Below, piece by piece: positions 7,443 to 14,116 of a stretch of DNA of 16,095 nt. This DNA is from an uncultured archaeon. Its GTDB lineage: Archaea; Iainarchaeota; Iainarchaeia; Iainarchaeales; CSSED10-239. The notes beneath the pieces are model-generated. The model was not told where the DNA came from. It was given only the letters and a program-made list of their open reading frames with translations, and ran no database searches. The stretch spans positions 1 through 16,095 of the forward strand of contig CAYXAY010000016.1 in the NCBI GenBank assembly GCA_964463155.1, written 5' to 3'. Within the stretch, counting starts at the first letter, position 1. Each line of letters starts with the position of its first letter. Made by a program: the position numbers and the translations under genes.

Positions 7443-8151
7443 TTCTGGAAAACAACTAAAAGATGTCCTTTTGGAACTTAAAAATAAAGGCGACTCTAAT
7501 AGAGCAAAATAATAGAAAAGATATCTTTTAAGCCTACGCAAGTTCTATGGAATTATAGGTAAAGAGCAATACGACGCAGTAAAGAAATACTATCTTCTAA
7601 ATAAAAATATTTCCATGGAACAATTAATGCCGATATTTCAAGAACTTTGGCAAAGTAAATGGCATACAAAAAAATCCTTTGCTGTTTATCTTGCAACTTA
7701 TTATACAGAATTAGTTGAAGAAAAAGAACTGATTTTCTTCAAGAAATGGTTAGACCAATGCACAGGTTGGGATCACACTGACGGCATTTCTGGTTTTGTG
7801 ATTGCAAAAATGGTTGGTAGAAAGCCAAAACTTAAAAGAATCATTAATTCATGGACAAAATAAAAACACATGTGGACAAAAATAGCGAGCCTTAGCAGTT
7901 ATATAAAATCAGTAAGAAAAGACAAAAGGGATTTAGAGGATGCCTTTAATAACAGAAAACCATTAATGCACGAAAAAGAATTCTCCATAAGAAAGGTAAT
8001 TGGCTGGATTCTAAGGGAAGCTTCAAAAAAACCCGAAAAATAAGTTATAGGTTTTATTTAAGAAAATAAAACAAAGCATTTAAATCTTTCAAAAAGAGAC
8101 GCAATAAGAAACATTTTAAGTAAAAAAGAAATATCTAAATATTTAATTTAA
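7438..8151 (+). pseudogene. AlkD-family (PF08713-like, HEAT-repeat) DNA alkylation-repair glycosylase gene with five in-frame stops and no start codon
   Basis: A single frame translates collinearly with B. cereus AlkD. RAK**KRYLLSLRKFYGI matches KAEPMARYMKNHFLFLGI. TGWDHTDGIS matches SWWDSVDSIV. SWTK*KHMW matches KWIASDNIW. KEFSIRKVIGWILREASKK matches KEFFIQKAIGWVLREYAKT. LSKRDAIRNI matches LSKREAIKHI. Stops are TAA 7510, TAG 7513, TAA 7861, TAA 8041 and TAA 8059, with terminal TAA at 8149-8151. No frameshift is needed. The track's 7615..7863 ORF is one fragment of this gene. Confidence 0.8.
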
Positions 8152-8961
8152 AAAATCCCTTAACTCTGTTTGCTTTGTTGTATAATCATAAATCCTAAAT
8201 TCTTCATCCATAATATAATCTAGTGTTTCTTTTTTTGCCTTTTGATATTCCGCATACAGGTTTTCAAGATGTTCTTTTCTTAATTGTATATTTGGGTTTA
8301 ATATGGAATTAAAGTCATAACCCATTTTCTTGTATTTAGATAATCTTGCAAGCTTAAACGACAAGTTAAGCAAGGACAAACGATTTCTATAGTTGTCTTT
8401 TCTGTATCTTCCATTGATTATTTTTTTAATTATAACCCGATTTGCAAAATCAAAGAAAACTTGTTTTCTAGTAGATACTGCTATTTTTTTTTTATAGATT
8501 TCATAATATTTTGGATATTGTTTTTGTAAAGTGTTCTTAATTAGTTTGTGTGGGAATCTAGGGCTTGGAACATTTTGACTTGGGAATTTAATATCCAGAT
8601 AATATTCACAAACGGTGTGGCTTAGACCAGAGTATATGTTTTTCTTCCGAAGATAATCATGTATTCTTTTATCCAAGAAAAAATGAGAAATAAAGCCAAT
8701 TGCAAATAACCTTTCTTGTCTGTTTTTTGCATCCTTTAACATATGTCTCCCAAAATTGTCTCCACAGATGCTTTCTTCCATTTCATGTATAAACTTGCTA
8801 AAATTTGGTTTTATTGTTATTGTTTTAAGTTCTGTGATATAGTAAATGTCTGGATAGATTGCGCCCTGTATTAAATATTTGCAGTCATTTTTAGAGAAAA
8901 GTTTAGGATTCTCCATTGCTAGTTCTTTTACTAGTGCAATGTGTGTGAGTGTTTGTGCCAT
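8143..8961 (-). CDS. zinc-dependent phospholipase C-like family protein
   Basis: N-terminal TLTHIAL...GAIYPDI and a later GFISHFFLDKRIHDYL resemble the His/Asp metal-ligand pattern of the Zn_dep_PLPC family. It starts 36 nt downstream of the PP-loop fusion gene on the same strand, so co-transcription is likely. Confidence 0.6.
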   Translation of the reverse strand: MAQTLTHIALVKELAMENPKLFSKNDCKYLIQGAIYPDIYYITELKTITIKPNFSKFIHEMEESICGDNFGRHMLKDAKNRQERLFAIGFISHFFLDKRIHDYLRKKNIYSGLSHTVCEYYLDIKFPSQNVPSPRFPHKLIKNTLQKQYPKYYEIYKKKIAVSTRKQVFFDFANRVIIKKIINGRYRKDNYRNRLSLLNLSFKLARLSKYKKMGYDFNSILNPNIQLRKEHLENLYAEYQKAKKETLDYIMDEEFRIYDYTTKQTELRDFLN

Positions 8962-8997
8962 ATTAAAAAATAAGAAAGCCCAAATGTATTTTAAAGC

Positions 8998-10485
8998 TTA
9001 TTTTTTTACAAGTTTTGCTTTTTTAATCAAAAGATTGCCAGTAAAGTCGTTTTGCATAATCTTTTTGCAATCTGTGATTTCTATTCTGTGCTTGAAAGTT
9101 GGTGCATCAAGAACCAAAGTCTCATATTCTCCGCCTTCTCCAGCAATATTTATCTTGTATTTTTGGTTTAGCTTCTTTAGCTCTTCTAGGTTTTTTCTAT
9201 CAATTGCTTTTCCGAGCCATTTCTCAGACAAGCCAAAGGCTGCAATCTTACAAATAATAAACTTAAATTTATTATCTAGAAGGATTTTAATCTCGTTTTC
9301 TTCTTTCATGTGCCACAACTGAGCAATCAATTTCAGGCCAAGGTCATTACAAACCTTTTCAATTCTTTGCTTTTGATAATTGCTATAGAGCGCGCCAGTA
9401 ACAATCTCTGTCAAATTGAACTTTTCCTTTGCAAAAGCTATTGCGTTCTTTAAATCTACAAGCTCTTTTTCCTTTTCTCCTTTTGTTTTCGCTACAAGAA
9501 GAGGGATGTCAAGAGCAATTGCTTGAAGTTTTAAGAAATTTAATTCGGGTGTTTGAAACATATAAGAGTCAATGTTTTCTGGAATCATTGAGATTAGACA
9601 AGAAATCTCTCTTCCGCTTTTCTTTGCAAGGAACAAAGAAAGGTTAGAGTCTTTGCCACCAGAATAAAGAGCGCCAATCTTTTCTTTTCTAAGAGATGAA
9701 AGAAAATCGCTTTTTGTTTTAAATTTCTTTTCTTTAGAAAGCTTTTCAATAACTCTGTCGCTATTGCTGCCATATTGGCAAGCAAGCTTTTTTCTATCCG
9801 CCAGTTCTTTTGAAAGCCCAAGGGATTTAGCAATTTCCCTAACAACGATTTTGTTTTGCTTTGAAGAAATCAAAAGCTTTGCTGGAAGTGTCAAAGAGTA
9901 ATCGATGACTTTTTTATCAAGATAAGGGCATTTAATGAGCAGTCCAAAGCTATTTGCTATTGCCTCATCCCTGTCAAGATTATCCTTTTGAAGATTATTA
10001 AGACATTTCTTTGTTTCTGCTTTTTGGTTTTTCGCTGTAAACCGACTATAGCCTGCAAACAATTCATCAGAGCCCAACCCTGAAAAGATAACATCTATCT
10101 TTTTTGCTTTTGCATTTTTGCAAGATAAATAACCAGGAATTGCAACCCCAACAGAAACAGGATTTATGGAATTTATAATTTCAATAACTTCAGGAAAAAG
10201 TTTAGAAACTTCTTTTCGGTCTGCCGAAATTACTTCAAGCTTTAAATCAAGTTCCATTGCTGCCTTTTTTGCAAAAGCCAAGTCTTTTGCCTTTGTGGAA
10301 TCTTTGACATAAGCAAAGAAACAAGAAAATTTCACCTTTTGCCTTTTCAAGAGAATAGCAAGAAGACAAGAATCAACACCTCCACTGAAAAGCAGAGCAT
10401 AATTTTTGCTTTTATCTTTTGTAAGGTTTTTGATTGAATTTTCAAGAAGCTTTAGAAGTTTTTTTTGTTCTTTTAATAAAGCCAT
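8998..10485 (-). CDS. fusion protein: asparagine-synthetase-like PP-loop adenylation domain (no glutaminase domain) plus Dph6/MJ0570-type diphthine-ammonia ligase domain
   Basis: The N-terminal half has LLFSGGVDSCLLA (SGGVDS at 10369-10386), SGLGSDELFAGY, DRDEAIANSFGLLIKCPYLD and ACQYGS, as in the AsnB C-terminal synthetase domain. The C-terminal half has GALYSGGKDSN (SGGKDS at 9646-9663), DSYMFQ, IVTGALYSNYQKQRIEKVC, LWH and GEGGEYETLVLDAP, as in MJ0570/Dph6. I prefer ATG 10485 (MALLKEQKK) over the track's GTG 10518, whose extra 11 residues are MFIFLFFFNLY. Confidence 0.8.
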   Translation of the reverse strand: MALLKEQKKLLKLLENSIKNLTKDKSKNYALLFSGGVDSCLLAILLKRQKVKFSCFFAYVKDSTKAKDLAFAKKAAMELDLKLEVISADRKEVSKLFPEVIEIINSINPVSVGVAIPGYLSCKNAKAKKIDVIFSGLGSDELFAGYSRFTAKNQKAETKKCLNNLQKDNLDRDEAIANSFGLLIKCPYLDKKVIDYSLTLPAKLLISSKQNKIVVREIAKSLGLSKELADRKKLACQYGSNSDRVIEKLSKEKKFKTKSDFLSSLRKEKIGALYSGGKDSNLSLFLAKKSGREISCLISMIPENIDSYMFQTPELNFLKLQAIALDIPLLVAKTKGEKEKELVDLKNAIAFAKEKFNLTEIVTGALYSNYQKQRIEKVCNDLGLKLIAQLWHMKEENEIKILLDNKFKFIICKIAAFGLSEKWLGKAIDRKNLEELKKLNQKYKINIAGEGGEYETLVLDAPTFKHRIEITDCKKIMQNDFTGNLLIKKAKLVKK

Positions 10486-10571
10486 ATACAGATTAAAAAA
10501 GAAAAGGAATATAAACACTTTTGTTGTTTAGTTTTATTTAGTAAGATAATAAAAAAGAGGTTAGGATAATT

Positions 10572-11261
10572 ATGAAATTTTTATTAACAAAAGGACCAAA
10601 ACCACCAGTGACAACAAAACCTAAATCCGAACCTAAACCAAAAATAAAGTTAAAAAAAAAGGTGCCACTTAAGACAAAACTAAGAATTGCGGCTACTGCT
10701 GGAGTTATTGCAACCGGATTAATAACCGGGGCAATTGCTAAAAAGAATGTAAATGGTTTCTATAAAAACGAGTTAACCAAAACAGCAAACCACTTGTCTA
10801 TTCCGGCATATCCGCAAGGTAAAGAACAGATAATTAAATCAAATATATTTAAATTAAACGAAAGATCAAAACCAGGAGAAATCTATTTTTGGGACAGTAA
10901 AGATAAAAAGGTTAGTAGAATAATAATTGACCCAATAAAAATGAGAAATATATTTAGAATACTTGAATATAACGAACAAGTAAAAGAAATTGAAAAAATA
11001 TTGCAGGACGCTGGCGGGCAGGTCTGGGATAAATATTTCTTAAGTAAACCAATTTGGGAAATATATAAAGATTTAACGCCTAGTCAAGCACAAAAACTAG
11101 AAAAAATAGTTAAACAATTGCCAACTCCAGAATTACAATACATACAAAGGGAATCAAATATGTTTGGCACTATTGTAGGTGCCAATGCAGGAGCAATTGC
11201 AGGAATATTTTTAGCAGTATTGCTTGCAAAAATAAAAATTAGAAACAAAAGAAGAGGATAA
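10572..11261 (+). CDS. membrane protein with a Lys/Pro-rich N-terminus and two predicted TM helices
   Basis: gaggt (10557-10561) lies 10 nt upstream of the ATG. The product has KGPKPPVTTKPKSEPKPKIKLKKKVPLKTK, then TM1 LRIAATAGVIATGLITGAIA. A soluble segment of about 140 aa follows, then TM2 GTIVGANAGAIAGIFLAVLLA and a basic tail KIKIRNKRRG. No family recognised. Confidence 0.6.
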   Translation: MKFLLTKGPKPPVTTKPKSEPKPKIKLKKKVPLKTKLRIAATAGVIATGLITGAIAKKNVNGFYKNELTKTANHLSIPAYPQGKEQIIKSNIFKLNERSKPGEIYFWDSKDKKVSRIIIDPIKMRNIFRILEYNEQVKEIEKILQDAGGQVWDKYFLSKPIWEIYKDLTPSQAQKLEKIVKQLPTPELQYIQRESNMFGTIVGANAGAIAGIFLAVLLAKIKIRNKRRG

Positions 11262-11340
11262 GTTTATTTAAACAAATAAACTATATCGTTCCTTCTTACT
11301 CTTTTTTTGCCTTTATTGTAACAAGCTCTTCTTTTTTTGC
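11262..11340 (+). terminator. hairpin plus two T7 tracts immediately after the 10572..11261 gene
   Basis: A perfect 8-bp inverted repeat, gtttattt/aaataaac (11262-11269 and 11274-11281, 4-nt loop), starts 1 nt after the stop. Two identical ctttttttgc 10-mers follow at 11301-11310 and 11331-11340. The stem is AT-only and therefore weak. Confidence 0.35.
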
Positions 11341-11627
11341 AATCTTGCCTTTAGAATACTCCTGGCTTTTTAGTTATATAATATTTTATAACTGATATTT
11401 TTTAATATCCTTTTTAGACAAGCAAATACGGATTTTATAAAGACAAGGATTATTTTTTGTTTTTTTCTGACAATTAAATGTGTTTGTGTATTTTTCTAAC
11501 CGCAAATTAGAAAAGTTGTACTAAAATGTTAACAAAAGATGTGCCATTTTGATTCCATAATTGTGCAAATTGTTCAAATTTAATGATATATTTAAATATG
11601 TTTCGCAACCAAATATTATTGATATGT

Positions 11628-12881
11628 ATGTTAGAAATCTATAAAATCCAAAACCAGCACTGGGAAAACCAACTATATGATATTCCAATTAAAAGAACAA
11701 TTCTTGAAACTTTAAAAAAAGAACTAATTAATCATAGATTAATACTTTCTATTGAAGGGCCCAGAAGAGTTGGTAAATCTGTATTACTCAAACAATTAAT
11801 AAACTATTTAATACAAAACAATATAAAACCAAAAAATATATTTTATTTTTCTTTTGATAAATTAGATAAAAAGATATTAGATACAATAAAAGATTATGAA
11901 GAATTATCTGGAATATCACTAAGAGACGAAAAAACATATTTGTTTTTTGATGAAATACAAAAGATTAAAGATTGGCAATCAGACATTAAAATAATTTATG
12001 ATAATTATCCAAATACAAAGATAATTGTAAGTGGATCAACATTAAGAACAAGCAAAAAAGAAAGCTTAGCCGGAAGAATAATTGATTTTTTTATTAAACC
12101 GCTATCTTTTGAAGAATATTTAATATTTTCTGGCAAAGAAAAGTTATTAGATTCAGACATAGATTCTGTTTTTGAAAAAGAGTATAATGCCTATCTATTT
12201 AGGCAATATCCTGATATTGTTTTAAACAGAGACATTGATTCAAAGCAATACATTTCATTAATTTTACAAAAAATAATATTTGAAGACTCTGAAAAATATA
12301 TAGCAAATGTAGACAAAGACATTTTATATAAAATATGTATGATTATTTTTAGAGACCCCGGGCAAATTATAAATTATTCTGATTTATCAAAAGACTTAGG
12401 GGTAAAAAGAAGCATAATCTCTAAATATATTGGTTTTCTTATTAATTCAGGAATTATTAAAAAAGTATATAATTATTCAAACAACACAAGAAAGTTAGAG
12501 ATCAAATCAAAAAAGTTTTATCCATATTGTACGACTTTAACTAGAGCTATAACAGATAATCCAGATATGTCAAAGATTATAGAAACAGATGTTTGTTTTC
12601 AATTAGATGTTAAATATTTTTTTAATAACAAAAGTAAAGAAGAACTTGATTTTTTACTTATTGACCCCTTAACTTCTAAGAAGATAGGTGTAGAAGTAAA
12701 ATATAGAAATTTAATTACAAACAAAGATGTAAGTGCCTTTAGGTCCGTTATAGTAAAAAAGCTTAACTTAGACAAAATGATAATCATAGTAAAAGCAGAA
12801 TCAAAGTTAGACTTTAACACAAAAGAGATCAGACCAATAAGATACTTTGTTCTCTTCAAGAACAAAGAACAATTTCTTTAA
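11628..12881 (+). CDS. AAA ATPase (COG1373 / AAA_14 plus DUF4143 type) with PD-(D/E)xK-like C-terminal region
   Basis: Walker A is GPRRVGKS (11757-11780) and Walker B is LFFDEIQ. The C-terminus has ELDFLLID...IGVEVKYRN, the D...E-x-K nuclease-like pattern typical of this family. ATG 11628 (MLEIYKIQNQHWEN) is more plausible than the track's 11583. Confidence 0.85.
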   Translation: MLEIYKIQNQHWENQLYDIPIKRTILETLKKELINHRLILSIEGPRRVGKSVLLKQLINYLIQNNIKPKNIFYFSFDKLDKKILDTIKDYEELSGISLRDEKTYLFFDEIQKIKDWQSDIKIIYDNYPNTKIIVSGSTLRTSKKESLAGRIIDFFIKPLSFEEYLIFSGKEKLLDSDIDSVFEKEYNAYLFRQYPDIVLNRDIDSKQYISLILQKIIFEDSEKYIANVDKDILYKICMIIFRDPGQIINYSDLSKDLGVKRSIISKYIGFLINSGIIKKVYNYSNNTRKLEIKSKKFYPYCTTLTRAITDNPDMSKIIETDVCFQLDVKYFFNNKSKEELDFLLIDPLTSKKIGVEVKYRNLITNKDVSAFRSVIVKKLNLDKMIIIVKAESKLDFNTKEIRPIRYFVLFKNKEQFL

Positions 12882-12973
12882 TTAAAAACAAGCAATTCAC
12901 GACAATTAAAAGATAACCTTCAAAGATGGGCTTGTAGAAATCCTTTATGCTCCTTAATTGTAACATAAATAAT

Positions 12974-13966
12974 TTAGAACATATCAGTCTTCCAAAGAAC
13001 ATATATTCCAAGAGCCGAAAGAACGGAAATTATGCCCATAACAATAATAAAAGCATATTTGTGATAGTCAAAAGGCAAATCAACATTCATACCGTAAATG
13101 CTTGCAATAAGTGTTGGTATTGCAATAACAATAGTAACTGATGTCAAAAGCTTTAAGGTCTTGTTAAGGTTGTTAGATATTACAGAATTAAAAAGACCTG
13201 TAGCATCTGTTATTATGTTTTTATAGATTGCAGTAACAATAATTGCTTGCTTGTTCTCATCAATTACATCATCAATAACCTCTTTATCGTCTTCAGAATT
13301 AACAAAGTCTTTATTTCTTGCTATTTTTTCAAGAAGTATTTGATCGCTTTTCAAAGAAGTATTAAAATACACAAGTGATTTCTTCAAGTCAAGAAGATCA
13401 GAAATCTCTTTGTTTCTTTGAATGCTTTCAAATTTTTCTTCAATTGCTTTTATCTTTCTATCTATGTCTTTAAGATATCTGATATAAGTCTTTGAAGAAA
13501 CTAAAAGAAGATTTAGAAGAATCAAAGACCTCTTGTGTTTGAATTTTTTTGTTTTAAGAACATTTAGGTTTTCGTTTTCTCTAAAGCTTATTGTAATCAT
13601 ATAGTCCTTGTTAATCATAATTCCTAATGGTATAGTGATATACTCAACAGCAGACAGATATTTGCTTTCAGGGTCTGTTGTCTTAAGCTTGTGTGGAGTT
13701 CTTGTGATAATAAAGTACTCTTGTCTATATTTCTTCATGCAAGGTATCTCTTCCATGTCCTTTAAGGAATTGATATCAGCCTTAAAGTCCTGATAATCTA
13801 TTTCTTTAACCTTACACATCTTAGCAAGCAGTTTTATCTCATAGATATTTGGGTTAACTACATTTATCCATACCTCCTTTATAGGTTTCTTTAATTGTTG
13901 TAAGCCAGTTTCTGAGAATTTTAGAATTTCAATCATGGTGATTTTCTCCCCTTTATAAAAAAGCAT
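12974..13966 (-). CDS. corA: CorA-family magnesium/cobalt transporter
   Basis: The YGMN signature is present (GMN at 13085-13093 on the minus strand). It lies between two C-terminal TM helices, LLTSVTIVIAIPTLIASIYGMNV and YAFIIVMGIISVLSALGIYVLW. Length is 330 aa. An alternative start, ATG 13936 (MIEILKF), is preceded by gggaga. Confidence 0.9.
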   Translation of the reverse strand: MLFYKGEKITMIEILKFSETGLQQLKKPIKEVWINVVNPNIYEIKLLAKMCKVKEIDYQDFKADINSLKDMEEIPCMKKYRQEYFIITRTPHKLKTTDPESKYLSAVEYITIPLGIMINKDYMITISFRENENLNVLKTKKFKHKRSLILLNLLLVSSKTYIRYLKDIDRKIKAIEEKFESIQRNKEISDLLDLKKSLVYFNTSLKSDQILLEKIARNKDFVNSEDDKEVIDDVIDENKQAIIVTAIYKNIITDATGLFNSVISNNLNKTLKLLTSVTIVIAIPTLIASIYGMNVDLPFDYHKYAFIIVMGIISVLSALGIYVLWKTDMF

Positions 13967-14116
13967 GTTTTAAAAAGTAAGTTTTATAAATATATAATAT
14001 ATTATTAGATATAGGAATATGTTTATAAATGTTTAAGAACATAAATAATTTACGGAAATAATCTAAATTAACTAAAATAAGTTATAATTTTGTAAAAAAT
14101 AAAGGAAAGATAAGAA
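13967..14116. promoter_or_regulatory. divergent intergenic region with TATA-box-like elements
   Basis: This 150-nt AT-rich spacer separates the divergent corA and secreted-protein genes. It contains two tttataaat elements (about 13983 and 14022). TATA-like strings are expected by chance at this AT content. Confidence 0.3.

Noticed and set aside
4281-8151. Genome-wide stop-codon reassignment (TAA and/or TAG read as sense) as the explanation for the in-frame stops in the AlkD-like gene and upstream of the deaminase.
   Set aside because: Every well-supported gene in the window ends at TAA or TAG at the length expected for its family (dtdA, glyA, thyX, corA, the ATPase, the PP-loop fusion). Reading through TAA or TAG after 8151 runs on into the antisense of the PLC-like gene, through further TAA/TAG codons, with no TGA in the roughly 100 codons I followed. 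A gene-specific read-through mechanism cannot be excluded, but a reassigned code is not supported.
10486-10518. GTG start at 10518 giving an MFIFLFFFNLY leader on the PP-loop fusion protein, which could look like a signal or anchor.
   Set aside because: The extra residues are simply the translation of an A/T-rich promoter-proximal stretch. ATG 10485 (MALLKEQKK...) gives the usual spacing before the SGGxDS loop.
11290-11372. A minus-strand Lys-rich open frame (LKSQEYSKGKIAKKEELVTIKAKKE-stop) as a small gene.
   Set aside because: There is no ATG, GTG or TTG start after the preceding in-frame stop, and the sequence is just the complement of the T-tracts. At most it is a remnant.
12902-12961. 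An 8-bp inverted repeat, acaattaa / ttaattgt, separated by 44 nt between the convergent ATPase and corA genes. It is a possible bidirectional terminator.
   Set aside because: The repeat is AT-only and short, with a very long loop. Such matches are expected by chance at this base composition.
222-13793. Short ORFs from the track that lie inside or antisense to longer, motif-supported genes: 222..410, 4800..5048, 6247..6471, 8879..9322, 9429..9647, 9594..9845, 12599..12865, 12947..13141 and 13608..13793.
   Set aside because: Each is fully overlapped by a longer ORF with clear family motifs (for example thyX, the PP-loop fusion, the ATPase and corA). Their products are low-complexity or hydrophobic strings typical of shadow frames in AT-rich DNA.
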